A model generated the notes under the pieces. The model was not told where the DNA came from. It was given only the letters and a program-made list of their open reading frames with translations, and ran no database searches. From a bacterium (GTDB lineage: Bacteria > Electryoneota > JAOADG01), in the NCBI GenBank assembly GCA_963681965.1, contig OY820579.1:2816001-2880000 (forward strand): DNA of 64,000 nt, given 5' to 3'. The position numbers and the translations under genes were made by a program. This document shows positions 10,510-20,521 of the stretch, one piece after another; within the stretch, counting starts at the first letter, position 1; every line of letters begins with the position of its first letter.

Positions 10510-11733
10510 ATGGGTATTAATTTCGGTCATATCTGGATTGTTTTCCGGAAAGAGTTACTCGATGTGCTACGCGATCGCCGAACGATTCTTTCGATGATTG
10601 TCATTCCAATCTTGATTATGCCAGTTTTATCTGGCGGTATTGCGTGGTTTACTAAACATCAAATTACCAAATTGGAGTCTCAGAAGGCGTTAGTCCAAGT
10701 TATCGGTGCTGATCGGTTTCCCAATCTCATCGATGAATTGAAGAAGACTGAGAATATTCAAGTGATTGACACACCGATTGACACTGCGCAAGCGCTGAAA
10801 TTACTTCGTGATGAATCGGTTCGGGTAGTCGTCAATATTCCGAAATCGTGGTCGGCTGAGCTAGCTAGCGCTCATCAATTGTCCAATGATTCGATCCAAT
10901 TATTCTATCTTGGAGCAAAAGAAGAATCTTCGATTGCCAGTGATCGAGTTCGCGAAGCAATTAAACGTGTCCGCGATCAATATACCGAAGAATTGATCAC
11001 ACAATCCGGACTATCGAAAACAATCCTTAAACCGTTTATTATTTACAGTATCAATTCATCCACTCCCACGGAAGTCGGTGGAAAAATTGTCGGCATGTTT
11101 TTACCCTATATGCTAATTCTACTTTCGTTGACTGGAGCGATGTATCCCGCTATCGATTTAACTGCCGGCGAAAAAGAGCGGGGAACACTCGAGACACTAT
11201 TGCTCTCACCGGCATCGCGAACGGAATTAGTATTAGGCAAATTCTTTACAGTAATGTTAACAAGTATGACTACAGCAATTCTATCACTGGCATCGATTGC
11301 GATGATGTCGAAAGGAATGCTAATCTCGATGCCACCCGAAATCCTCGATAAATTAAACCTTCACATTGGGATATCGACGATTTTTACTGTCGTGGTGCTG
11401 ATGATCCCATTGAGTGCAATATTTTCCTCGCTTTTATTGGCAATTTCTTTGTTAGCAAAGAGTTATAAAGAGGCGCAGAGCTACATCTCGCCATTAATGA
11501 TCCTCGCAATTTTCCCCGCGATGGCTTCGATTATGCCCGGAGTCAAAACCGATTTAATTCTTTCACTGATCCCGGTATTGAATGTCTCATTATTGATTAA
11601 AGATTCATTTGCCGGTAATATGAACCCGATGTATTTGGCGACCGCATTTTTGTCAACTGTGGTGTTTGCTGCCATTTCACTGCGGGTTTGTGTCGTCACT
11701 TTCATGAAAGAATCTGTTCTTTTCCGTGTATGA
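10510..11733 (+). CDS. natB: ABC-2 permease, NatB-like (Na+ efflux)
   Basis: KELLDVLRDRRT; AIDLTAGEKERGTLETLL; KSYKEAQSY; multiple TM segments. Confidence 0.85.
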   Translation: MGINFGHIWIVFRKELLDVLRDRRTILSMIVIPILIMPVLSGGIAWFTKHQITKLESQKALVQVIGADRFPNLIDELKKTENIQVIDTPIDTAQALKLLRDESVRVVVNIPKSWSAELASAHQLSNDSIQLFYLGAKEESSIASDRVREAIKRVRDQYTEELITQSGLSKTILKPFIIYSINSSTPTEVGGKIVGMFLPYMLILLSLTGAMYPAIDLTAGEKERGTLETLLLSPASRTELVLGKFFTVMLTSMTTAILSLASIAMMSKGMLISMPPEILDKLNLHIGISTIFTVVVLMIPLSAIFSSLLLAISLLAKSYKEAQSYISPLMILAIFPAMASIMPGVKTDLILSLIPVLNVSLLIKDSFAGNMNPMYLATAFLSTVVFAAISLRVCVVTFMKESVLFRV

Positions 11734-11747
11734 TTTTTGAATTGAGG

Positions 11748-11778
11748 AAAAAAGGCGGACTGAGAAGTCCGCCTTTTT
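11748..11778. terminator. Bidirectional intrinsic terminator
   Basis: AAAAAAGGCGGACT-GAGA-AGTCCGCCTTTTT between convergent genes. Confidence 0.85.
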
Positions 11779-11800
11779 GTTATTTCCACCCATCGATTCT

Positions 11801-14470
11801 TTATTTCAGTAACACAACTTTTGCCAACGTGCGTTGCTGACCTTGTTGTGCCTCAATCCAGTAAATTCCGCTACTTGCATCTTTTGCATTCCAATGCCAT
11901 TGCCGTTTACCCACACCTGACACAATCTCGTGCTCTACCATTTCACCTAGTGAATTGTAGATAGCAAGTCGGACATTTTCACGATTGGGTACTGAAATTC
12001 GAATGGACACTTCGCGATTAAATGGATTCGGATATGCCGAAAGTGTCAGATTTGTGGGCAGGGAAGGTGTTTCCCGATCAATTGATGATATTGCATTCAG
12101 CCAATTAAACATCGCTTGAAATAGCGCATTCCGCGAAGTTAAACCTGTACCGTGTAACGCCTCGACACCAAATCCCATTAATATCGTTTTTGCCGAATCA
12201 GGATAGGACGTAGATATCACACCGAAGGCGTTCGGCAAATTATAATATACTGCCCATGGTGTACCACCGTTGTATACAGATAGCGCATCTTGCGAGGTTT
12301 GGTTGCTGGCACCCGTCGAACCAGTAATCAAGATCGTATTGCGACCTGCCCATGGGGTATTCGTTAAGCCTGTAAGACGGAGTGGTGTAACATGTGATGA
12401 TTGCAATGACGCACCAAATCGGTGCAATAAATTGCTATCGAGGACAGCCAATCGCTCGGCAATATTCTGACCGCTCAAGATGACTTGAGTCCCAGCGCTA
12501 AGAGCATGTTTGATTGCAGACAGTTGAGTTGTATCGAATGGTGTAACTCGATCGCCGGTGTACCAGAGTACCGTCGGGAAAAGAGTGATTGTTTGATACA
12601 GATTCGTCTGTAAACTTGCCTGATCGAGTCGATAAGCAATATTGCATGAATCAAGCGATGGTAGGATATAAGCCGAATAATTGTACATGCTATCGTCGGC
12701 AAATACCCATAGTTGTGCATTTGGAATAGTTCGATTGAAGCTGTTGTTTGTCGTCGTTACTTGAACGATATCTGCCGGGACTCGAACGGCTGGAGCCGAC
12801 GCTTCGCATTGAATCGACCACCGTCCCTCGGGAATTTGCATTGAAAAAGTGCCACTACGATCGGTATTCGCTTGCGCTTGTCGAGTTGTTACTTCTAGCG
12901 ATTGTGCTCGAACGACGGCGTTCCAACCAGTCCCTTCGACATGAGTGATCGCACCATGGAAATTTACCATCCGTCTCACGCCAATTTGAACATGAATTGT
13001 GTCATTTGCGCGATTGCTATCCGGACTAACAAGAGCAGCTAATGCTGAGATCGAATCGAATTGAGCTAGCCCGACCCCGAACGTCAACATCGTACTACCG
13101 GTAATTGCCAATTCGGGAAGAGTATCCGTTCGCACAACCGGTGAAGATGTTCCAGTGGCTGTCGATCTGATAATCGGAGCGATTGGTCTTCTTCCACTGT
13201 TGGTGACGGTAATTCTTAAGAAAACTGAATCGCCGGTTACAATATAATTAGAAGTAGGAAGAATTGAGGTTACTTCTGCATCGTATTGCGGAACAGTCCA
13301 TCCAATGGTGGGGAGGATCTCCATCCAATTTAGATAGGATGAAACCCACGACTGATCTTGATTTTGTGGATCTCCCGGGGTTGCCGGGATACCACCGTCA
13401 TTATCTCGATCCTGATTGACGAGATAGTCGATAATCGTATCCGAACTGTCGCGAAATGCTTGTCGATGTGTGAAAGCAAATGCATCAGTGTGAGCATGAC
13501 CATACCAAGTCGCCCAAGCATTCGACCACGATCCAGTACCGGGTCTACCATCCATAAAAGCGCCATATTGATTTACCCACGGTATACCAAAAGTAGTGTC
13601 TTCTCGACAAATTGAATTTAACACCCCCCAGAAGACACAGCCGCCACAGAGTGCCCAACTTTCCGAATTACGAAGCGCTGTAGTGGGATTTGCTTCAATC
13701 CATAGACGCAATCGTTGTCCTCGTGCTAAGGCACTATCTAGCCATCGATCGGCATTGGGAGAATTGCGCCACCTTGCATACCGCGCAAGAGCGCCGGTTG
13801 CGATCCCTTCGGAATTGCGATTTTCAGTGGAACTATAGGGTGCCGGGTAATCGCGAACATAATTAGCACACGAATCGCCATAACCAATGACCGAAGTATC
13901 ATGTGTCACGCTTACATACGCCATTGTTGCAGCAATACCCCACCCGGAATTATGACTCCGGTAGTATTGATTGTTGCCACCTTCTTCGGTCCATGCCGGG
14001 AAATTCCGTAAATAGATCCACGCATTTGCTAACTCGTTTTGAAATAGTGTGTCGATACCGCACAAACCACGTGCATAGGACCAAACGACAATTGCTTCCT
14101 GCGTATTGTCGGTTTGGATGATGTCGTATAGCGAACCTGTCTCACCTTCGCGCTGTCCTCCGAATTCAATTCCGGGAATGCGTACTTGTAGTGAGCGCAA
14201 CCAATTTGCTGTGAGGAGGTATCGATTTAAGGGATTGCTAACAGAAATTGTTGGTGGATCGATCTGCGGTATTTGAAACTGATGTGCCGATGAAGTCACC
14301 ATCACATCCGAGGCTTGCTGTAACAGAATTTCCTCAGGAGTTAAATAAGGGGTCGAAAATGCCAATTGACAGGATATGACGAGCAAAATCACAATTATTG
14401 AAATGATCCCGATCACAGGTCTAAATCCGAAAACAATTCCGTGGTTCCAATTCATGACTTTCCCTTGCAT
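11801..14470 (-). CDS. Large secreted protein with CARDB-like Ig domain and T9SS-type C-terminal sorting domain; N-terminal domain unknown
   Basis: Hydrophobic signal; ITVTNSG Ig motif; C-terminal AYPNPFN...SSGIYW...KVVLLK. Confidence 0.7.
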   Translation of the reverse strand: MQGKVMNWNHGIVFGFRPVIGIISIIVILLVISCQLAFSTPYLTPEEILLQQASDVMVTSSAHQFQIPQIDPPTISVSNPLNRYLLTANWLRSLQVRIPGIEFGGQREGETGSLYDIIQTDNTQEAIVVWSYARGLCGIDTLFQNELANAWIYLRNFPAWTEEGGNNQYYRSHNSGWGIAATMAYVSVTHDTSVIGYGDSCANYVRDYPAPYSSTENRNSEGIATGALARYARWRNSPNADRWLDSALARGQRLRLWIEANPTTALRNSESWALCGGCVFWGVLNSICREDTTFGIPWVNQYGAFMDGRPGTGSWSNAWATWYGHAHTDAFAFTHRQAFRDSSDTIIDYLVNQDRDNDGGIPATPGDPQNQDQSWVSSYLNWMEILPTIGWTVPQYDAEVTSILPTSNYIVTGDSVFLRITVTNSGRRPIAPIIRSTATGTSSPVVRTDTLPELAITGSTMLTFGVGLAQFDSISALAALVSPDSNRANDTIHVQIGVRRMVNFHGAITHVEGTGWNAVVRAQSLEVTTRQAQANTDRSGTFSMQIPEGRWSIQCEASAPAVRVPADIVQVTTTNNSFNRTIPNAQLWVFADDSMYNYSAYILPSLDSCNIAYRLDQASLQTNLYQTITLFPTVLWYTGDRVTPFDTTQLSAIKHALSAGTQVILSGQNIAERLAVLDSNLLHRFGASLQSSHVTPLRLTGLTNTPWAGRNTILITGSTGASNQTSQDALSVYNGGTPWAVYYNLPNAFGVISTSYPDSAKTILMGFGVEALHGTGLTSRNALFQAMFNWLNAISSIDRETPSLPTNLTLSAYPNPFNREVSIRISVPNRENVRLAIYNSLGEMVEHEIVSGVGKRQWHWNAKDASSGIYWIEAQQGQQRTLAKVVLLK

Positions 14471-14480
14471 GTATATTTCT

Positions 14481-14508
14481 TTGACACTATTATCTATGAA
14501 TATACACT
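14481..14508 (+). promoter_or_regulatory. Putative sigma70 promoter for protease operon
   Basis: TTGACA-16 bp-TACACT about 100 bp upstream of ATG 14608. Confidence 0.4.
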
Positions 14509-14607
14509 AAGTAAAGTAGCATTGTTTATTCGTTTCCCAAAAGTCGAATTAAACAACTATCAAATTTATATTAGTCTGATTGTTAACGATTTAATCCCGA
14601 GATTTCG

Positions 14608-17600
14608 ATGAAGTTGCAGCTTAGCCGACGAATATTCCTCTTATTGACCCTAGGTTTAGTGACAGTAGGCGCATTGGCACTGAGACCAATGCGGACAACC
14701 GATATTGCAAAAGTTGTTCCGCAAATTGAGGATGGAAACCGGATCATACATGCCGAAACCGGTAAAACAATTTTCTTAACGATATCGACACTTCAACCGG
14801 AATTGCCACATGATCAACGTGAAGCATATGTGAAACAGTGGCTACAAGAAAAGTATCAGAAGGAGTTAGGACTAAATAAACTACCATCCATTCGGTTGTT
14901 TCTGCGGCAAGATACCCCGGGAGGGGAAGTACTTCGATTTTATCAAACCATAGACGGAATCGATGCATTCCAGAATGATTTGGTCGCTCAGTTTACGCCC
15001 AATGGTGCTTTGTTTTCTATCCATCAAAGTCTGCAGGATCGGATCGATCCTATTTCTTTGACCCCGGCGATTTCCAGTACCGAAGCATTGGATAAAGCCC
15101 GAATTTCTTTAAAGATCACCCAAGAAAATCACACTCCCTTCAATGATCTTCACATCTGGTGGGACGAGAACAGCAAACTACATTTGGTTTATCGAGTTCG
15201 ACTTCATCCTAAAGTTCCATTTGGCGAATACGAAGCAATTATCGACGCGCATTCTGGAGCGACTTTACGGACTTCCGATTTGACGCGATATCTCGATGGA
15301 ACAGGCTATGTATTCGATCCCGATCCCTTAACAACAGGGCAGGCTACGTATAATACCCCTTCGGGAAGTTGGAACGACAACAATAATGCGGATTCACCAC
15401 TTCTGAACGGTCAACGCCGGTTAGTCGTTTTGCGAAATCTTAACAACCCTGTCGGTGGTCGGTATACTCTGACAGGATCTTGGGCAACGTTAGCTGAATT
15501 CGATACACCGACGTATGCTCCGCCATCGCGGACAAGTCCCGATTCATTTCGGTTCACTCGTTCCCAGCGCTATTTCGATGATGTGATGTGTTATTATTTC
15601 GTTGATTCTACTCAACGATATATCCAATCGCTCGGTTTTAACAATATTCAACATGCTTCTATTCAAATCGATGCGCACGGTCAGCAAGGCGACGATAATT
15701 CGTCTTTTTCTCCCGGAACGAACCAGCTATCGTTTGGCGAGGGTGGAGTCGACGATGCGCAGGATGCCGATGCGATTCTTCATGAATACGGTCATGCAAT
15801 CCAGTATTCGCAAATTCCCAATCTATCCGGTGGAGAAGCCGATCCACTGGGTGAAGGTTTTGGTGATTATTGGGCTGGAAGCTATTCATCATCGCGATCG
15901 TCTTTTCATCGCGATTGGGTTTTCAATTGGGATGGTCACAATCAATATTGGGATGGGCGAGTATTTAATACGACATTGACTTATCCATCCGGTATGGGAA
16001 CCGATTATCACCTCAACGGTCAAATCTGGTCACGAGCTTTGATGGATATTTACTATGCGGTCGGTCGAACCATTTGTGACCGAATTGTTCTACAAGGTCA
16101 ATATGCCTGGGGTGCTAGTCCAACTTATATCTCAGCGGCAACCACAATATACAATGCCGATCAACTGCTGTACGGTGGAACGCATTCGACACAAATCTAT
16201 ACAGCATTTCATAATCGCGGAATACTGAGTTCCATCCCGGCAAGCGTTATTCTCACTGGTACAGTAACTGCTGCAACCGGTGGTGTTACCATTCCCAATG
16301 CTATTGTTTCGATCGATGGTGCCGTTCGTGATACTACGAATAGTTCCGGTGTTTATTCGATTACGGGTCTTTCGATCGCGTCGCATACGCTTAGTGTAAC
16401 CAATCTCGCATATAATCAGTACTCAAATACCGTACGCATTAGCGGAACCGGAACGACTACTAGCAACGTGTTGATGACTCGCCCGCACTATATCGCAACT
16501 CCGGATTCGATTCATCTATCTATTGCAGCAAATGAGACCCATCGATCCATTTCACAATTGTGTGTAGTACAAAACAACGGCGATGGTCCCGGTACTTACC
16601 GATTGGAATTGCGCAGTGGTTCCGCCCGATTACAGCCTTGGTCTTTGCTTCGCGAACTAGATGTCACGCAAATTACCGGTGACTATGCATTGCAGGGTGT
16701 CGATGTATTATCCAATCAAATTCTCGTATCGGGTTCCAATGGCACTCAAAATCCGAATCGCTTCTACCGTCTCAATTTGAATAGCGGCACTCTTATAACA
16801 TCTTCCGATCAACCGACTACTACTACTGCCGGCATTCGTGATTTGGCTGTATGCAACAATCGTGTGTATGGTAGCGACAACGATACTATTTGGAGTTGGG
16901 ACGCCTCTTTTTCGAATCGACAACTTGCACTTCGCAACACCTATAGTAGTAACAATCAGGCATTGGCTATTCAAAATTCCGGATCCAGTCAATTTATCTG
17001 GATTGGAAATGGAACTAGCCCGGTTCGCTTGCTTAGCGGTACCGGACAATCGCTTGGAACGATACAGAATAATCGGAATATCACTGGAATTGCGGCTTCA
17101 CCAGTTATTGATGATCCGGTATGGTTCGTCTCTACCGATAATAATCAAATGTGGATCTCAACTCTGAATTCAACCGGTGATACTGTTGTCACTCTCCAAC
17201 AACTTGATCTTCCTACAGGATACTCTACTGCAGGTGCCGGATATTACTCGACTGGTGGTAATGATGTACTGGTTGTTTTAGTCACGCCATCTAGCGCTTC
17301 CCAACACGCCTATTTGCGATTTTATGCGGTCTCTTCGGTAATTAGTTACGCGACGATCACTGGATCGACCACTGGGTATTTAGCTGCAAATAGTTCTATT
17401 TCTGTACCGATCGATATCAACTTCAATCCGTCTCAAAATCTCTTTGTATTTCAATTATATCAAGCAAACTCTCCGGGTTCTACTGGCTTAACAACCGTTG
17501 TTGCCGAACGACAATCCGGGGTGGGTGAATCGAATAATGCAGAATTACCGGGTCAATTTTCGGTATCACCTTGTTATCCAAATCCGTTCAATCCGTTCAC

Positions 17601-17814
17601 TTCAATAACAATTTCACTACCTTCTTCAGGAATTGTTCAATATTGTCTATATGATATTACCGGGCGAAAGGTTCAGGAACGGATGTTGCCGCTATCACAA
17701 GGACAACACAATCTTTCATTCTCGCTAATTGGCCTTGCTTCCGGACTATATTTTCCCGAATTTCAGTGGAATAGCCATCGTCTTGTCGGTCAACGCTGGA
17801 TTTATCTGAAATGA
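14608..17814 (+). CDS. Secreted zinc metallopeptidase (M4/M36-like) with propeptide and T9SS-type CTD
   Basis: FTP/PepSY-like propeptide (IIDAHSG), HEYGH zinc motif, LGEGFGDY third ligand, CYPNPFN CTD. Confidence 0.85.
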   Translation: MKLQLSRRIFLLLTLGLVTVGALALRPMRTTDIAKVVPQIEDGNRIIHAETGKTIFLTISTLQPELPHDQREAYVKQWLQEKYQKELGLNKLPSIRLFLRQDTPGGEVLRFYQTIDGIDAFQNDLVAQFTPNGALFSIHQSLQDRIDPISLTPAISSTEALDKARISLKITQENHTPFNDLHIWWDENSKLHLVYRVRLHPKVPFGEYEAIIDAHSGATLRTSDLTRYLDGTGYVFDPDPLTTGQATYNTPSGSWNDNNNADSPLLNGQRRLVVLRNLNNPVGGRYTLTGSWATLAEFDTPTYAPPSRTSPDSFRFTRSQRYFDDVMCYYFVDSTQRYIQSLGFNNIQHASIQIDAHGQQGDDNSSFSPGTNQLSFGEGGVDDAQDADAILHEYGHAIQYSQIPNLSGGEADPLGEGFGDYWAGSYSSSRSSFHRDWVFNWDGHNQYWDGRVFNTTLTYPSGMGTDYHLNGQIWSRALMDIYYAVGRTICDRIVLQGQYAWGASPTYISAATTIYNADQLLYGGTHSTQIYTAFHNRGILSSIPASVILTGTVTAATGGVTIPNAIVSIDGAVRDTTNSSGVYSITGLSIASHTLSVTNLAYNQYSNTVRISGTGTTTSNVLMTRPHYIATPDSIHLSIAANETHRSISQLCVVQNNGDGPGTYRLELRSGSARLQPWSLLRELDVTQITGDYALQGVDVLSNQILVSGSNGTQNPNRFYRLNLNSGTLITSSDQPTTTTAGIRDLAVCNNRVYGSDNDTIWSWDASFSNRQLALRNTYSSNNQALAIQNSGSSQFIWIGNGTSPVRLLSGTGQSLGTIQNNRNITGIAASPVIDDPVWFVSTDNNQMWISTLNSTGDTVVTLQQLDLPTGYSTAGAGYYSTGGNDVLVVLVTPSSASQHAYLRFYAVSSVISYATITGSTTGYLAANSSISVPIDINFNPSQNLFVFQLYQANSPGSTGLTTVVAERQSGVGESNNAELPGQFSVSPCYPNPFNPFTSITISLPSSGIVQYCLYDITGRKVQERMLPLSQGQHNLSFSLIGLASGLYFPEFQWNSHRLVGQRWIYLK

Positions 17815-18848
17815 TCATCGACCCGAACCAACTAGGTCCAACTCCCGAAGATCGTCGCTACAAACCGGAATGGATGGATAGCGAGGTCGGCGAAGGGGGA
17901 TCGTTATATCTACCAATTCCATTGGTGGGTATCCGTATGGACACGGTTGCATCGTTCGATTTGTATGTAAAAACTCAACCCCACCGATTTGTCAAGTACC
18001 GCGACCAGCAAGAGGTTATAACTCCTGCAGTATTTGCTCGATTACGCGAATTCAACACGAATTATCTCTACATCCCAATTAGTAATCGAGGTGAATATTC
18101 CCGGTATATCGAGCAACAACTCCCTACGATCATTGCCGATCCGTCTATTCCGATCGAACAAAAAGCGACGTTGGTTTACAATACCACCTCGAATATTATC
18201 CAGGATTTAATGCAATCGCCAAGCGCTGCAAACCTGACCCGAACCGATGAACTGGCTGGAACACTCATCGATGTTGTAAAACGGGGTGGGGAGGCGCTAA
18301 GCGCACTTCTTCGGTTAGCTAGTTATGATTATTACACTTACACACATTCAGTAAACGTTTCGGTATATGCGGTTGCGTTATCAAGTCGGCTCGGTATCGA
18401 TTCCCAAGCCAGTATCCATCGATTGGCACTCGGGGCAATAATGCACGACATCGGGAAGTCCTTTCTTTCGAATGAGATCCTAATGCAACCGAGATCGTTG
18501 ACTCGCGATGAATTTACGACGGTTAAGGAGCATCCCGGTCTGGGAGCCGGTGTGATTTCACAAGAAGCAAAGAAGATGGAAGAAGTGGCTTTGATTGTCC
18601 ATCAACATCACGAGGCACTCGATGGTTCAGGCTATCCTGATGGCTTGAAGGAAAATCAAATTCATCCATATGCCAAAATTATTACAATTCTGGATATGTA
18701 TGATGCATTGACGACCCGACGCGTCTACCGCAGTGCTTACTCACCGATACAAGCATTGAAAATTATTGCCGAACATGTCGGACGTTCTATTGACGATCGA
18801 ATTTTTGCTGAATTTGTCAAACTACTCGGTACGATTGGTCCCGGATAA
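17811..18848 (+). CDS. HD-GYP c-di-GMP phosphodiesterase
   Basis: YTYTHSVNV, MHDIGK, HHEALDGSGYP, DMYDALTTRRVYR. Confidence 0.92.
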   Translation: MIIDPNQLGPTPEDRRYKPEWMDSEVGEGGSLYLPIPLVGIRMDTVASFDLYVKTQPHRFVKYRDQQEVITPAVFARLREFNTNYLYIPISNRGEYSRYIEQQLPTIIADPSIPIEQKATLVYNTTSNIIQDLMQSPSAANLTRTDELAGTLIDVVKRGGEALSALLRLASYDYYTYTHSVNVSVYAVALSSRLGIDSQASIHRLALGAIMHDIGKSFLSNEILMQPRSLTRDEFTTVKEHPGLGAGVISQEAKKMEEVALIVHQHHEALDGSGYPDGLKENQIHPYAKIITILDMYDALTTRRVYRSAYSPIQALKIIAEHVGRSIDDRIFAEFVKLLGTIGPG

Positions 18849-18853
18849 ACAGC

Positions 18854-19993
18854 ATGGTGAAGTTTCCTACCGATCAAGATCACTATAAAACTCTCGGAAT
18901 TGCACCGGATGCTACTATCGAACAGATTAAATTAGCATATCGGCGACTCGCAAAACGCTATCATCCGGATGCAAATCCCGATGATCCTACAACCGGTGAC
19001 CGCTTTAAACAACTTGCCGAAGCCTATCGCGTGCTTAGCGATCCCAAACTCCGCTTGGAATACCACGAACGTTTTTTAGCACACGCCCGAGCTGGTTTCC
19101 ACAAAATGAAACCAACAGCATATGCTGTTTGGCAAGAATTTTCACAGCATGGCGAGAAGCGGCATCGCGTCGAGAAACGCGGGATGGATATCGTTGTTAC
19201 TATTCCTATCACGCTGGAAGAAATTGTTACCGGGGGAAGTCGTACAGTCACAATCAATCGGTTACACATCTGTAAATTATGTGGCGGAACCGGTGTCAAA
19301 CCGGGGCTGGGAAAAATAATCTGTCCAATCTGCAACGGTATTGGTGAAATACCTGCAACCGGATCGCATGGGTTACGATTTGAACAATGCCGCAATTGCC
19401 ACGGTGAAGGTCAGATAATTCGTGAGCATTGCATGCATTGCAACGGCAAGGGGCGCGAACGTCAAAATCATCCGATGGTGATTCAAATTCCCAAAGGATT
19501 GCCTACCGATAAACCGATTGTGATGAAAGGGCAGGGGCATATTGGCGATAGCGTTGATCAACCCGGTGATCTTCGAGTCAATTTTATCGAAGCACCTCAT
19601 AAGTATTTTACCCGCAGCAACCGCGATCTTCAATATGAAATCATTTTATCACCGGAATTGTATTACCTCGGTGGTGATGTATCCATCCCGACCTTATCCA
19701 CTCCAGTTTCATTAAAACTTGTTGCCGGTCTTCCCGATGGTAAAATGCTGTGTATCCGATCACGTGGACTACCGGCTTGGGACGGTGGTGCTACCGGTGA
19801 TCTCTACGTCGTCGTCAGACATCGATTTCCGCCACGTTATTCACCAACGCTTCGCGAAATTATGCACCGTCTTACCGATCAACCGGAATTCGCACAGTAC
19901 TTCGATTCATCTGGCTTTACGCACCGTCCCGATTTTGTGGAAGAAATTACTCCACAACAGGAAGATGTAAAACCACAGGAACATAAATCGTGA
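18854..19993 (+). CDS. DnaJ-family co-chaperone (paralog lacking a G/F-rich region)
   Basis: J domain with HPD; four CxxCxGxG repeats; C-terminal GDL motifs. Confidence 0.85.
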   Translation: MVKFPTDQDHYKTLGIAPDATIEQIKLAYRRLAKRYHPDANPDDPTTGDRFKQLAEAYRVLSDPKLRLEYHERFLAHARAGFHKMKPTAYAVWQEFSQHGEKRHRVEKRGMDIVVTIPITLEEIVTGGSRTVTINRLHICKLCGGTGVKPGLGKIICPICNGIGEIPATGSHGLRFEQCRNCHGEGQIIREHCMHCNGKGRERQNHPMVIQIPKGLPTDKPIVMKGQGHIGDSVDQPGDLRVNFIEAPHKYFTRSNRDLQYEIILSPELYYLGGDVSIPTLSTPVSLKLVAGLPDGKMLCIRSRGLPAWDGGATGDLYVVVRHRFPPRYSPTLREIMHRLTDQPEFAQYFDSSGFTHRPDFVEEITPQQEDVKPQEHKS

Positions 19994-20475
19994 TTGTTCT
20001 GGATGGTCACAGCATCTTACATGCTATTCCCGAATTAATGACGATCTTAAAGCGCGATCCTATCACCGCGATGCAACGCTTGTTGGGTCGTGCGATGCGT
20101 GAATCGAAGATTACCGTAGTTTTTGATGGAAAACAACCAGCACCATTTCCGACCAGCCATGTGAAAGTAATTTTTGCCGATTCGATGGATCACAAGTACG
20201 AACGCGCTGACATGGTCATTCGGGAATTGGTGATCAATAAAAAAGCATCACTTGTCGTCACACGAGATGAGGCATTACGAAGTACAATCACGCAGTTAGG
20301 TGGAAAAGTGGTTGATCCGGAAGTGTGGTACTCTGGAAAATCGCAAGAGAATTTCCCCAAACTTACAAAACACAACAACAGTAATCTTCAGAATAAACGC
20401 GGTCCAGGCGGTACCCATACTGAATGGATAGATCTATTTCGAAATCGACCTCGTGATGATACCGATGATTCATAA
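19990..20475 (+). CDS. NYN/PIN-like (YacP-type) domain protein
   Basis: IVLDG, VVFDG, RADMVI, VVTRD motifs; GTGA overlap with upstream gene. Confidence 0.7.
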   Translation: MIVLDGHSILHAIPELMTILKRDPITAMQRLLGRAMRESKITVVFDGKQPAPFPTSHVKVIFADSMDHKYERADMVIRELVINKKASLVVTRDEALRSTITQLGGKVVDPEVWYSGKSQENFPKLTKHNNSNLQNKRGPGGTHTEWIDLFRNRPRDDTDDS

Positions 20476-20504
20476 AAAAGGGTAGAATTGCTTCTACCCT
20501 TTTT
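20475..20504. terminator. Bidirectional intrinsic terminator
   Basis: AAAAAGGGTAGAA-TTGC-TTCTACCCTTTTT. Confidence 0.88.
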
Positions 20505-20521
20505 GAGTATACTGCAAGGAT

